From: a virus
Lineage: Duplodnaviria; Caudoviricetes
Length of the DNA: 52,300 bases
Virus record (IMG/VR): IMGVR_UViG_3300047476_000672
Coordinates: 1-52,300 of that record
Direction: 5' to 3' (one strand)
Shown here: positions 36,218 to 45,807 of the stretch, one piece after another
Position numbering within the stretch: the stretch's first letter is position 1
Layout: the number at the start of each line of letters is the position of its first letter
Notes under the pieces: generated by a model
The model's database searches: none
Told to the model about the DNA's origin: nothing
The model's input: only the letters and a program-made list of their open reading frames with translations
Made by a program: the position numbers and the translations under genes

Positions 36218-36790
36218 ATGAGCAAGAAAGAAACAGTTGAAGTAGATGTTATCTTGTTTGGTTTAGATAACAGCTCAGACTTACGAAACGAATATCCAGA
36301 ACTTGCGGATATACCAGAGTTTCAAAAATTAAAAGCCAAAGAGGTACGACTCTGTTGGTTGCTTGGAAATAGAACTTCGCCTTTGTATAAGCTTGATAAA
36401 AGGCAAAGATTACACAAAGCACTTGAAATAATCTACGGAGTTAGATACCAAGAAAACGAAGACCTTACACCAATGCTTCATGGCGAGATACCAGAAGAGA
36501 TTAGAGAAGGCATAAAGCGAATGGAGTTGTTCAATCCAGAGTATCGCTTACGGGCTAAGTTGCTTAGTCAGTATATGTTTGAAACATTAAATTCAATGGT
36601 TGTCCTCTCTGACGCTGAAATAGTCCAGATGGACATTGATGAGAAAAAGAAATATACAGATTTGGTAGTAAAGATTCATTCAGAGCTGCCAGATATGGTT
36701 AAAAGACTTGAAGAATCCTATGGTGTGAAAACAACAGATAGGAAGACGAAGAAAAAAGTTATGGTTAACATTAACGATATTTTGAAATAG
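36218..36790 (+). CDS. hypothetical protein upstream of portal (possible small terminase-like)
   Basis: 190 aa, helical; function suggested by position only. Confidence 0.5.
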   Translation: MSKKETVEVDVILFGLDNSSDLRNEYPELADIPEFQKLKAKEVRLCWLLGNRTSPLYKLDKRQRLHKALEIIYGVRYQENEDLTPMLHGEIPEEIREGIKRMELFNPEYRLRAKLLSQYMFETLNSMVVLSDAEIVQMDIDEKKKYTDLVVKIHSELPDMVKRLEESYGVKTTDRKTKKKVMVNINDILK

Positions 36791-36791
36791 T

Positions 36792-38999
36792 ATGGCTTAC
36801 TTATTTAGCGACAGTAGAATACGCCCTAACAAACTGGAGGGTAAAAAAGACAAAAAATATCACAGAGACTACGCAAGGTTTTGTCTTTCGTCAATGAGTA
36901 GCTATCTATACAGACGATATATCAATAAATGTTTGATTAACTGGTCGTTCTTTAAAGGTCAAGATGGTCAATGGATTTTTGATGAAGATATCGAAGCTTT
37001 CTTCTTAGATGAATCAGGAGATATCCGTAACCGATTGAAATGGACTAAGAACGTAATTAAGCCAATGGTGCAACAATACGTTGGTAATGCGATACGTTTA
37101 GCATACGATGCAAGAGCTACTTGTATATCTGATTTCGTAATTAACAAGCGAGAAAAAGAACTCGCTAGAATGAAAGATTACTTTAAAATTGCTAAAAACT
37201 ATCCATATTTAGCAGACATCATTAAAGAATTTGTTCCTATCCAAGAAACAGAAGCTGAGACAGAAGAGATTTTTATGAATCTATTTGTTGAGGAATACGA
37301 GAAAGACATAAACAACTTAATTGAATATATAGCTCAAGAAGTAAATATTGATGAACTTAAAGTTCAGATTACAAGACACTTAGCTATTTGTGGAATGGGT
37401 ATCTACAAAGGATATGAGCTTAATGGTAATTATGTTGCTGAAGCTATTAATCCATTGTTTTTTCTTTGGGATATGTCTGCAAGAAAACCAGATTTATCTG
37501 ATTCAGAGTATATGGGTGAGTGGTATTATATGGATTCACCAAGTATCTTTGAGCGTTTTCAAGATTTAACAACTGAGCAGAGACAAGCTATTGAGAATTA
37601 CGGTAACAACAATCAAAATAATGGTATCCATAAGATTGTTAATGGTATTTATACTTTGGCTGGTAATAAAATACCTGTCCATGAAGTGTATTGGAAAGAT
37701 ATAGAAGTACGTGAGTACGGTTGGGTAATGGATGAATACGGATATCCTTACTACACAATGATTAATCATCCTGATTCAAAATATACAGATAAGGATTTGA
37801 TTGAGCCTATTACTGAAAAGCATAAAGAAGAAATGGGTAATAAAAAGAAGCATAAGATTTATGTAGACGTAATTCGATATGCTATTCTTATTGCTCAAGA
37901 AGATATGGGTAATGCTGACAACGATTTAGTTCTTGAATATGGTGTGTTGCCTTATCAAGAAAAGAATCTTTACGACCCAGCAAATGTTAAGTTCCCATAT
38001 AAGTGTTATACGTGGGTTTATGACCGTGGAGAGGTACTTACTCCACTTGATGATGTTATTGACCCTCAGCGTTTCTTAAACAGAACTATATCAGTTGTAG
38101 AATCTCACATGGCCAACATGAGAGGAACTGGTACAGTAATATCTAAATCAGCTGTAGACGATAGAGACGGAGAGGCAGATATCAACAGAAACATTAATGC
38201 ATCTAAACCTATTTTCGTAGACACAGACCGTGTAGGTTCTGTACAAAATGCTATTGGTACTTATGGTACTAATGTTGGAGCTGGAACATTACAATTATTT
38301 GATGTAATTAACAGCATACAAACAAGTATTCAGGACGTTACAGGTGTAAACGAAGCGATGACAGGTACTCAGGGTGCTTCAGATGCATTAGTTGGTGTTG
38401 TACAGGCTCAGATACAAAGAGGTTCATTAGTTCAGGAGCCATTCTATTGGGCACTTACATCAATACTTCGTCAAGCATACGAACACATGGCTACTGTAGG
38501 TAAAGCTATTTACCATGACAATCCACGTAAGTTGGCTATTATGCTTGGTGATAAAGGTCTTCAAAATATAATGATTACAGAGGACCACTTAATGCAAGAT
38601 TATAGAGTATTCATTAAACGTGGAGAATCTAAAGAACAAGGTATTGCTAATGGTAATCAATTGTTATTCACATTGTTGCAAGCTGGTATGATTGACCAGA
38701 TTATGTTCTCTAACTTATTTAATAGAGCTACTCCTGAGCTTATTGCTGATTCATTACGTGAACACTATAGAGCTGTTAAACAAGCTGAGGCAATGTCTAA
38801 TAGGGCTCAAATGGAAGGTCAGGCTATAGCTCAACAGGCTATGGCACAACAAGCTGCTGCTGCTCAAGAACAACAAGCTGCTCAATTAGAAACTGAAGTT
38901 GCTATGAAAGGTATGGACCATGATATGGAAATGGAAAAAATAGCATTAAAAGAAGCTGCCAAGACTGAGCGTGATATGCTTAAAAAACAGGGTATGTAA
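36792..38999 (+). CDS. portal protein
   Basis: 735 aa; N.IKP.VQQYVG motif, DVTGVNEAMTG, Q/A-rich C-terminal barrel; lies upstream of scaffold and MCP. Confidence 0.85.
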   Translation: MAYLFSDSRIRPNKLEGKKDKKYHRDYARFCLSSMSSYLYRRYINKCLINWSFFKGQDGQWIFDEDIEAFFLDESGDIRNRLKWTKNVIKPMVQQYVGNAIRLAYDARATCISDFVINKREKELARMKDYFKIAKNYPYLADIIKEFVPIQETEAETEEIFMNLFVEEYEKDINNLIEYIAQEVNIDELKVQITRHLAICGMGIYKGYELNGNYVAEAINPLFFLWDMSARKPDLSDSEYMGEWYYMDSPSIFERFQDLTTEQRQAIENYGNNNQNNGIHKIVNGIYTLAGNKIPVHEVYWKDIEVREYGWVMDEYGYPYYTMINHPDSKYTDKDLIEPITEKHKEEMGNKKKHKIYVDVIRYAILIAQEDMGNADNDLVLEYGVLPYQEKNLYDPANVKFPYKCYTWVYDRGEVLTPLDDVIDPQRFLNRTISVVESHMANMRGTGTVISKSAVDDRDGEADINRNINASKPIFVDTDRVGSVQNAIGTYGTNVGAGTLQLFDVINSIQTSIQDVTGVNEAMTGTQGASDALVGVVQAQIQRGSLVQEPFYWALTSILRQAYEHMATVGKAIYHDNPRKLAIMLGDKGLQNIMITEDHLMQDYRVFIKRGESKEQGIANGNQLLFTLLQAGMIDQIMFSNLFNRATPELIADSLREHYRAVKQAEAMSNRAQMEGQAIAQQAMAQQAAAAQEQQAAQLETEVAMKGMDHDMEMEKIALKEAAKTERDMLKKQGM

Positions 39000-39034
39000 T
39001 TAATTACTAATTTTGAAACCAAATAACAACTTAT

Positions 39035-40234
39035 ATGGAAGATAACTTCGAAAAAGAGTTGGAAAGAGTTGCTGAAACGTCAGCTCCAGAGATTGATTTT
39101 GAAGGTTTAGATTTGCCGGCTGATATGGCTGAACAAATCAGACAGATTGAGTCTTTGGCGCAGATTGATTCTGAATTCGCCAATTCACAAGAGTACAAAG
39201 ACTTGATGGCTAGTATTTCTAATAGCGGTCAAGCATCAAAGTCTAATTCAGAGGAAGAGGACGAAGATGAAGAATACGATGAGGAAGAAGAGGAAGAAGA
39301 TGAGGAAGAGTCTGTTGATTCTGATGACATTTTTGGAATCTTAAAATCACCTAAGAAGGAGAAGGAAGTAAAACTTTCTTTTGAGCCTCCTAAAGAGATG
39401 GTTAAAATGCTTTCTTCTAAGTATGGAATTGAAGACGCAAGTAAGTTCTTTGCTTCTGTAGATACATGGAGAAATCAGGCACAAGAGGGTTCTGAGATTA
39501 AGAGAGAATATGAAGCTCTTACTGAAGACCTTCAATCGTTACCTGCTGATATACGTACACAAATTCAATTGTGGGCAAATGGTGAAGACCATACACAATT
39601 TATGAATGTTCAACAAAGACTGGACTTCTCATCAGATTTCGATGACCAAGAAATTGACGGATTAGTTCAGCACTATCTTCCTGAACAGTATAATAAATTG
39701 ACTCGTTCTCTTGAGAATGGTGATATTGATGAAGCTGATTTTGAGGATAGAATAACTTTGTTAGCAGAGTCTACTAAACGAATGTTTATTGAAGACAAAA
39801 AAGCGTTAGAGGCCGAGCGTGAGCAGTTTATTGAACGTCAAAAAAATCAGTTTCAAAATCTGAAAAAGACGGCACTGCTTTCCGTGGAGAATCTAAGTAA
39901 GGCTTACCCTAACTTCAGCAAGTCGGAGATTAATAAAATCCGGAGCGTCTTGGTTGAGGGGAAGATAGACAGTTTGTTTACGAAGTCTGACGGAACATAC
40001 AATGAAGATGCAGCTGAATTGGTTGCTTACGCAATGTATGGAAAGAAGATGTTAGAATCTGTTAGAAAGATATCTGAACGAAAAGGAGAAAGTAAGGCTA
40101 ATCAGAAGATAGTCGACTCTAGTCCTAAGACAGTTAAAAAACAAAAGGCCGCTGGTGGAAACCAAGGTCTTGGAATGGAAGCTGTAGGACACTTGAGTGG
40201 AGTATTTAAAGGAGACCCTTACGCAAGTAGGTAA
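39035..40234 (+). CDS. acidic scaffolding-like protein
   Basis: Poly-E/D tract and coiled coils; between portal and MCP. Confidence 0.65.
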   Translation: MEDNFEKELERVAETSAPEIDFEGLDLPADMAEQIRQIESLAQIDSEFANSQEYKDLMASISNSGQASKSNSEEEDEDEEYDEEEEEEDEEESVDSDDIFGILKSPKKEKEVKLSFEPPKEMVKMLSSKYGIEDASKFFASVDTWRNQAQEGSEIKREYEALTEDLQSLPADIRTQIQLWANGEDHTQFMNVQQRLDFSSDFDDQEIDGLVQHYLPEQYNKLTRSLENGDIDEADFEDRITLLAESTKRMFIEDKKALEAEREQFIERQKNQFQNLKKTALLSVENLSKAYPNFSKSEINKIRSVLVEGKIDSLFTKSDGTYNEDAAELVAYAMYGKKMLESVRKISERKGESKANQKIVDSSPKTVKKQKAAGGNQGLGMEAVGHLSGVFKGDPYASR

Positions 40235-40257
40235 TGTAAAATTTAAAAACAAAAACG

Positions 40258-41493
40258 ATGGCGTTATACAATGACACAACGGCAAAGTTCACGAATCAAA
40301 ACTTAAACTCAGTTGGTTCTGAATATGCTAATCTTTACGGTCACGATTTGTCCCTATTGGTACAAAAGTTGACTAACCGTGCAATCTTTGATGCTGCTCC
40401 TCAGCAGTTCATGGATTTGAAATTATTGAACATGGTATCTCCTGAGCAAGTTAACTCTGACGAGTTCTTCTTCCAAGAGATGGCTTATCAGCGTGAGCCT
40501 CTAGTGGCAATTGCTGGTGCTGCTGGTGTTGCATACCCTGCTACACAAACAATCTCTGTTCAATCTGTAGACAATATTGCTACTAACACAATCATCTCTT
40601 ACCCTAATGGTCAGAAAGGTAGTGTTACTGCTGTAGATACTACTAACTTGACAGTAACTGTAACTCCTTACAACGGAGATACTTTGCCAGCTGTAAATGC
40701 TGACGATATTCTTGCTAACGTATCTTCTGTAGATTACGATGGTTCTGAAGGTTTCGCTCAGTACTTCCGCGCTTCTACAATTGAGCGTTCTAACTACGTT
40801 CAGTTGTTCAACAAGGCTATCCGTTACTCTGAAGTAGAGCTTCACAAGTTGAAAAACCAAGGAACTACTTCTAACTTCCTTGAAATGGAGAAAGCTGCGA
40901 TGTTTAACCAACACCGTATTGATATCTCTAACGCATTCTGGACTGGTCAAAAAGGTGAAATCATCACTCAGAACGGAACTCCTGCTAAAACAACTGGTGG
41001 TGTTTACACTTCTATGTTGGAAGCTGGTGCTCCTAACGCTTTGGCTACTACAGCTACGTTGGTAGATGCATTCGAAGATGTAGTATTATCTTCTGAATAT
41101 GGTGATTACGGTACTACTCGTATGGCGTTCATGACTCCACGTACACACCGTGCTCTTTCTTTGGCTTACAAAGAAGAATTGACTCGTTACCAACCTAACG
41201 ATGAAATCGCTTTGTTGAACTTGAAAGAAGTTAACCTTGGTTCTTCTCGTATCGTTCTTGTACCATTCAAGCGTTTCGAAGACCGTGCATCATTCCCTGG
41301 TTCTTTCGAGAACAAAATTGTTATCCTTGATATGAAAAACATCAAGCGTACACAACTTTGGGGTGAGCGTTCTGGAGATACTCTTAAATTAGAGGATGGA
41401 GTTCCTAAGCGTTATGGTGATGTTTGGGTTGATTGTAACATGGGTGTTAAAATGCACAACCCACTTGCGTGTGCATGGGTAGACATCGCATAA
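40258..41493 (+). CDS. major capsid protein (HK97 fold)
   Basis: 411 aa; NYVQLFNKAI, HRIDISNAFWTGQK, KTTGGV; strong codon bias; terminator follows. Confidence 0.85.
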   Translation: MALYNDTTAKFTNQNLNSVGSEYANLYGHDLSLLVQKLTNRAIFDAAPQQFMDLKLLNMVSPEQVNSDEFFFQEMAYQREPLVAIAGAAGVAYPATQTISVQSVDNIATNTIISYPNGQKGSVTAVDTTNLTVTVTPYNGDTLPAVNADDILANVSSVDYDGSEGFAQYFRASTIERSNYVQLFNKAIRYSEVELHKLKNQGTTSNFLEMEKAAMFNQHRIDISNAFWTGQKGEIITQNGTPAKTTGGVYTSMLEAGAPNALATTATLVDAFEDVVLSSEYGDYGTTRMAFMTPRTHRALSLAYKEELTRYQPNDEIALLNLKEVNLGSSRIVLVPFKRFEDRASFPGSFENKIVILDMKNIKRTQLWGERSGDTLKLEDGVPKRYGDVWVDCNMGVKMHNPLACAWVDIA

Positions 41494-41519
41494 TCAATAC
41501 CGATTAGCATAAATCATTT

Positions 41520-41551
41520 GGGGAGGGGCAAATAACTCCTCCCCTTATTTT
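41520..41551 (+). terminator. intrinsic terminator after MCP
   Basis: GGGGAGGGG-caaataa-CTCCTCCCC followed by TTATTTT. Confidence 0.75.
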
Positions 41552-41564
41552 AAATAATAACAAG

Positions 41565-42449
41565 ATGGCAATAGAGAAAAAAACAACAAAAAAAGACTTG
41601 AAGTTTGAAGGTAATCAGACATCAAGCAGCGTAGATTTTGATTTAAAATTAGGCCCATTTTCGCCAAATTCGAAAGAAGATGTGAAGCCTAAAGCTGAGA
41701 AGACAGTGTCTGAGGTTGCACACACAGAGGATATGTTTCCTGAAGTAGAAAGAGGTGAAATTAAACCTGAACCAAAAGAAGAGGCTGTGCCGTTATCTAT
41801 CGTTCAAAAGATGATGGAAGAGATGCAGCAAAAGTTTATGAATCAAATCAACAAAATCAAATTCGACAAAAATAAGAGCGAGCTTGATAGTGATTTAGAT
41901 TATGTTAGAGACCTTGAGGATGATTGGATGGAGAATCCTGCAATATTTTTTGCGTTTTCTTTAAACTTTTCAATCCACGGTGATAAGAAACGTGGTGCTG
42001 AAAGTATTCCACCTCAGGGGCCTATCCGTTTCCAACCATTGATTCGTACAAAACGTAAGGGTCAACGTGGTGTTCAAGTAGTATCTGTATCTTCTGTTAA
42101 AGTACATTCTAAAGAAGTGGCTGAATACTTACGAGGCCATAGTCAATATGGAATTGCTTTCTATGAGAATATGGATTCTGCATTGAATGTTGATTCTACA
42201 TGGGCACAAAAAATGATTGAAGCACAGCAGTCTATTAGTAGATTATCTGATTTACAAGTAGTTGCAAGAGCAAAACAAGAAGGGATGTCTGTATCTCAAA
42301 GTCCTGAGGCAATGCGTAAGCAGTTAGTGGAAATTACTGCTAAACGTCAAATTGCTCAACAAGACAATATGTTATACGGGTCTCTTCGTAAAGCTACAGT
42401 TGATAAGACTGGTAGAGAGATTATAGAAAAAACAATTCCTAATTACTAA
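41565..42449 (+). CDS. hypothetical protein downstream of MCP
   Basis: 294 aa; position matches the conserved post-MCP gene of crAss-like phages. Confidence 0.6.
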   Translation: MAIEKKTTKKDLKFEGNQTSSSVDFDLKLGPFSPNSKEDVKPKAEKTVSEVAHTEDMFPEVERGEIKPEPKEEAVPLSIVQKMMEEMQQKFMNQINKIKFDKNKSELDSDLDYVRDLEDDWMENPAIFFAFSLNFSIHGDKKRGAESIPPQGPIRFQPLIRTKRKGQRGVQVVSVSSVKVHSKEVAEYLRGHSQYGIAFYENMDSALNVDSTWAQKMIEAQQSISRLSDLQVVARAKQEGMSVSQSPEAMRKQLVEITAKRQIAQQDNMLYGSLRKATVDKTGREIIEKTIPNY

Positions 42450-42451
42450 TT

Positions 42452-43210
42452 ATGTTTACGGCATTAGAACTAAGAAATCAACTAGCCTTTGCATTAGATG
42501 CTGAAGGTTCTGACCATTATCGTGATGATTTAGATTATATCCCTGCGATTAATGCAGCGATGAAGTGGTTGACTTCTATTGTTAATGCCGCATACGGACA
42601 AGGTAAGATAGGTGAAGAGTTTTTTAGAGAATTGTCATACTCTGGGGTTTTTCAAACAAGTATTAACTCCAGAGTATCTCTTGACATCTTCCCATCTGAA
42701 GTGTGGAGTATATTAGCAGTATATGTAAATCCTGATGTTCAGGTTAATACAGGTATGCCTGTTCCTAATACTCCAGATGTTTACAGAAGTTATTATTTGA
42801 GTAACCTTACTCATTTATCAGCATCTTATAGTTGCAAAAGACTTAATGTTGAGGAGTGGGCTGTAAATAAAGTTAATCCATTTGAAGCTGGATTTGATGC
42901 AGAATATGTATGTGATGATTTAAAAAGATACGCATATATATCTCCGCTTAATTACAATGGAGTTTCAGAAGGATTCTTGTCTCAGGAAATAGAGATAAGA
43001 CCAAAGTTATCAAACAAAAAAGTTACTATCTTTTGGGTTAAGAAACCGGATAAGATTGTAAATATTACCGATGAGATTGGATTCCCTAATAGTGTATTCC
43101 AATTGTTATTCAATAAAGCATTGTTCTACATTAGCTTTAAACAAGGTGATGGAACAACTATTAATTCTGTTTCAAATGCAGATATTCAGCAACTATTAGA
43201 CGTATTATAA
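42452..43210 (+). CDS. putative head-tail adaptor/ring protein
   Basis: AINAAMKWL N-terminal helix, IEIRP...WVKKP, position. Confidence 0.55.
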   Translation: MFTALELRNQLAFALDAEGSDHYRDDLDYIPAINAAMKWLTSIVNAAYGQGKIGEEFFRELSYSGVFQTSINSRVSLDIFPSEVWSILAVYVNPDVQVNTGMPVPNTPDVYRSYYLSNLTHLSASYSCKRLNVEEWAVNKVNPFEAGFDAEYVCDDLKRYAYISPLNYNGVSEGFLSQEIEIRPKLSNKKVTIFWVKKPDKIVNITDEIGFPNSVFQLLFNKALFYISFKQGDGTTINSVSNADIQQLLDVL

Positions 43211-43211
43211 G

Positions 43212-43946
43212 ATGGCAACGTATAGATATGTAGTTTACGATTTAGAAAAGAGCTTAAACGCATCATTTGACGATGCTGACTTTACGTTTCCTCAAATAAT
43301 GTATTGGGTAACAGTAGTTGCCAATAGGTTACGTGTAGAACATAATAATTTAACTAATTCTGATTTATTTACGTCTACATTTCATTCTGTTCCTGTTTTA
43401 ACAGATGAAAAAGGAAGAAAGTACATAGACTTACCGGCACAGATAATGGATTTACCAAATAATGCTGGTGTAGTTTATATTACATATAATTATGAAACCT
43501 GTAAGTGCGATGGGCCTATGTTTGCTCAGAAGTTCTTTCAGCCTGTAAATGTTGGAGCTGTTCAGCATTTATATCTTGATGAATATACAAAACCATCTGT
43601 TAGTAATCCTTATTTCTACAGAATAGGACACATGGTTAATAACAATGGTGTAAATAGAATTTACCTTCTTGGCGTTGAATGTATATCAATTGAAGATGTA
43701 GAAATTGCTATTAAGGCAAGCATTGACCCAATGAAGATATGTGATTTGGATGAGCAAGTTCCTCTTCCAGATGAAAGAATACAAGAACTTATAAATGAGG
43801 TACTTAAACTTGGTAAATTCATTATGATGATGCCTACAGAGGGAATCAATGATGGTGAAGATTCAAGTAAGATTGCTAATCAGTATTCTGCTCGTGGAGC
43901 TACGTTATCTGATTTATCTGCTCAACAACAAGGACAAACTGAATAA
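43212..43946 (+). CDS. putative tail ring protein
   Basis: MATYRYVVYD...C.LDEQVPLP pattern, position. Confidence 0.55.
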   Translation: MATYRYVVYDLEKSLNASFDDADFTFPQIMYWVTVVANRLRVEHNNLTNSDLFTSTFHSVPVLTDEKGRKYIDLPAQIMDLPNNAGVVYITYNYETCKCDGPMFAQKFFQPVNVGAVQHLYLDEYTKPSVSNPYFYRIGHMVNNNGVNRIYLLGVECISIEDVEIAIKASIDPMKICDLDEQVPLPDERIQELINEVLKLGKFIMMMPTEGINDGEDSSKIANQYSARGATLSDLSAQQQGQTE

Positions 43947-43951
43947 TAGAT

Positions 43952-44722
43952 ATGAAGGCAAACGATTTCGTAAGTATAGAGCATATTTTAGCTGAAGTTA
44001 CTACTACCTTAGATGACAAGGAATTTAAGAAGGGATTCCCTAAAGGATGGTACATATCTCGTATTCAGGATGCTATGCAGGAGTTATCATTTGATACATT
44101 CTGGCTGACTATCCAAAAGGATTATGAGATGCCTAAGAATGGCCAGATAGAAATGCCAACTAATGTATTCAATATCAGAGAGATATATTTGTATACTGGT
44201 TCACTATGTAACCCTAATAAGACTCAAGTAGTTTATTGGAAGCGTCATTTTAACAATACATCTGATGGTACAGGATATACTGCCCGTGTAAAAGATGACG
44301 GAAGTAATGGTGGGGATATTTATCAGCCTAACCAGCGTATTTATTCTCGTAACATGGAAGGATTCTATGGTCCAAAGTTTTACTACAATGTAAACAATGG
44401 GCTTATGATGTTTAGTAAAGAATGTACTTCATTCCCTTACATACGTATTATATTCAATGGTATGGGTGTAGAGAATGGTGACTTGCCTATTATACCACGA
44501 TTCTTTGAAAGAGCTGTTGTTGAATATGTTGAGGAGCGATTCTATAATGCAATGAAAGCAAGAGACCCAAGAATCTATAGAGTTCTTTGGAGTGATGCAT
44601 ATGCGAGATTGAACGACCCTGTAAACGGTGGTTGGAATAAGGCTCGTAAGCGTATTAAGGCTATGGATTCTCAAGAGAAAGAATCTATGGAAGAATATAT
44701 CTCGAGTATGTTCCATAAATAA
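43952..44722 (+). CDS. putative tail tubular/ring protein
   Basis: FVSIEHIL...NGDLPIIP...AVVEYV pattern, position. Confidence 0.55.
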   Translation: MKANDFVSIEHILAEVTTTLDDKEFKKGFPKGWYISRIQDAMQELSFDTFWLTIQKDYEMPKNGQIEMPTNVFNIREIYLYTGSLCNPNKTQVVYWKRHFNNTSDGTGYTARVKDDGSNGGDIYQPNQRIYSRNMEGFYGPKFYYNVNNGLMMFSKECTSFPYIRIIFNGMGVENGDLPIIPRFFERAVVEYVEERFYNAMKARDPRIYRVLWSDAYARLNDPVNGGWNKARKRIKAMDSQEKESMEEYISSMFHK

Positions 44723-44728
44723 TATTTT

Positions 44729-45019
44729 ATGTTAGACAAGAAATCAATGCCATGTAATAAGCCACGTAAGTCACCTAATCCTAAAAAGAAGAAGGTGGTT
44801 AAGGCTTGTCAGAATGGTCAAGAAAAGATAATTCATTTTGGTGCTACTGGATATGGTCATAACTATTCATCAGCAGCAAGAAAGTCATTTAAAGCACGGC
44901 ACAATTGTTCAACAGCTACAAGCAAACTTACTGCTCGTTATTGGGCTTGTAAGAATCTATGGGCAGGAAAAGGTGGTGATACACAAAGCTCACCAAGTAA
45001 TAGAAGAGGTAAATATTAA
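44729..45019 (+). CDS. small basic conserved viral protein
   Basis: IHFGATGY...RKSFKARH.C...TARYWACKNLW. Confidence 0.7.
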   Translation: MLDKKSMPCNKPRKSPNPKKKKVVKACQNGQEKIIHFGATGYGHNYSSAARKSFKARHNCSTATSKLTARYWACKNLWAGKGGDTQSSPSNRRGKY

Positions 45020-45022
45020 TTT

Positions 45023-45211
45023 ATGACACCAAAGAATATTAAGAGAAAGCCAGTAGGTCTTGGAGATACTATTGCATCAGTTACTAAAGCTACTGGTATT
45101 GATAAAGTAGCTAAATTTGTTGCTAAAGCAGCAGGTAAAGAAGACTGCGGATGCAAAAAGAGACAAGATAAATTGAATAAGAAATTTCCTTATAGAAGTA
45201 ATAACAGATGA
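45023..45211 (+). CDS. small conserved phage protein
   Basis: GLGDTIA..TKATGI...DCGCKKRQDKLN. Confidence 0.7.
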   Translation: MTPKNIKRKPVGLGDTIASVTKATGIDKVAKFVAKAAGKEDCGCKKRQDKLNKKFPYRSNNR

Positions 45212-45213
45212 AA

Positions 45214-45666
45214 CTAGGTATTTATTGATTCTAATAATTTATTATATGCATTATGTGCCTCTTCTCTTGTTTTGAACCTTCCTATTCTTCTTGATTTTCC
45301 ATTAATAAAAATCCACTTTTCATATCTAGTGCATTTTTTTAATTTTATTTCTTTTATTGGCTTGTCAGATAAATAGTGTATGGTATTCTCTCTGCTGGTT
45401 ACCCATTCTAAATTTTCAACTCTATTATCTGTTTTTATACCATTTATATGATTTACAATTTCTTTATTTTGTTTTTTTTCTAAAAAATGGCTAGAAACTA
45501 TCCTATGTACAGATACTTGCTTTCTATTTATTGTAACTCTTTCATATCCCCTGTTACTAACATTTTTCTTTAAAATTCTTTCTGCAAAAACAGAATATAT
45601 ATTTCCAAAATTAGAAACTCTATACATTCCATTTGTTCCATCAATATCTTTCCAAATTTCTTCCAT
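45214..45666 (-). CDS. free-standing NUMOD4-HNH homing endonuclease with AP2-like tail
   Basis: EIWKDI..Y.VSNFG (NUMOD4); VHRIV..VNHINGIKTDNRVENLEW (HNH); IGRFKTREEAHNAY. Confidence 0.9.
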   Translation of the reverse strand: MEEIWKDIDGTNGMYRVSNFGNIYSVFAERILKKNVSNRGYERVTINRKQVSVHRIVSSHFLEKKQNKEIVNHINGIKTDNRVENLEWVTSRENTIHYLSDKPIKEIKLKKCTRYEKWIFINGKSRRIGRFKTREEAHNAYNKLLESINT

Positions 45667-45671
45667 AAAAC

Positions 45672-45763
45672 AAAAAACCCCATGAATCGGAGGTGGTAGA
45701 CTCTTCATCATAGGGATTTACTAATTTCTTAAAATGCTGCTACCACACAACAAAACAAAGATA
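45672..45763 (-). promoter_or_regulatory. promoter plus leader RNA with 5' seed/terminator-loop pairing (copy A)
   Basis: TATCTTTG 45763-45756; GTGGTAG 45746-45740; hairpin CCCTATGA/TCATGGGG with CTACCAC in the loop; T6; ATG at 45666. Confidence 0.7.
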
Positions 45764-45807
45764 GATATAATTTTAATATCTTTGTTAAAGAGATAATATA
45801 ATATATT

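Noticed and set aside
40501-41065. Alternative-frame ORFs within the MCP (and similar shadow ORFs in terL, portal, dnaB and tail genes)
   Set aside because: Explained by codon bias of the real genes; no independent signals
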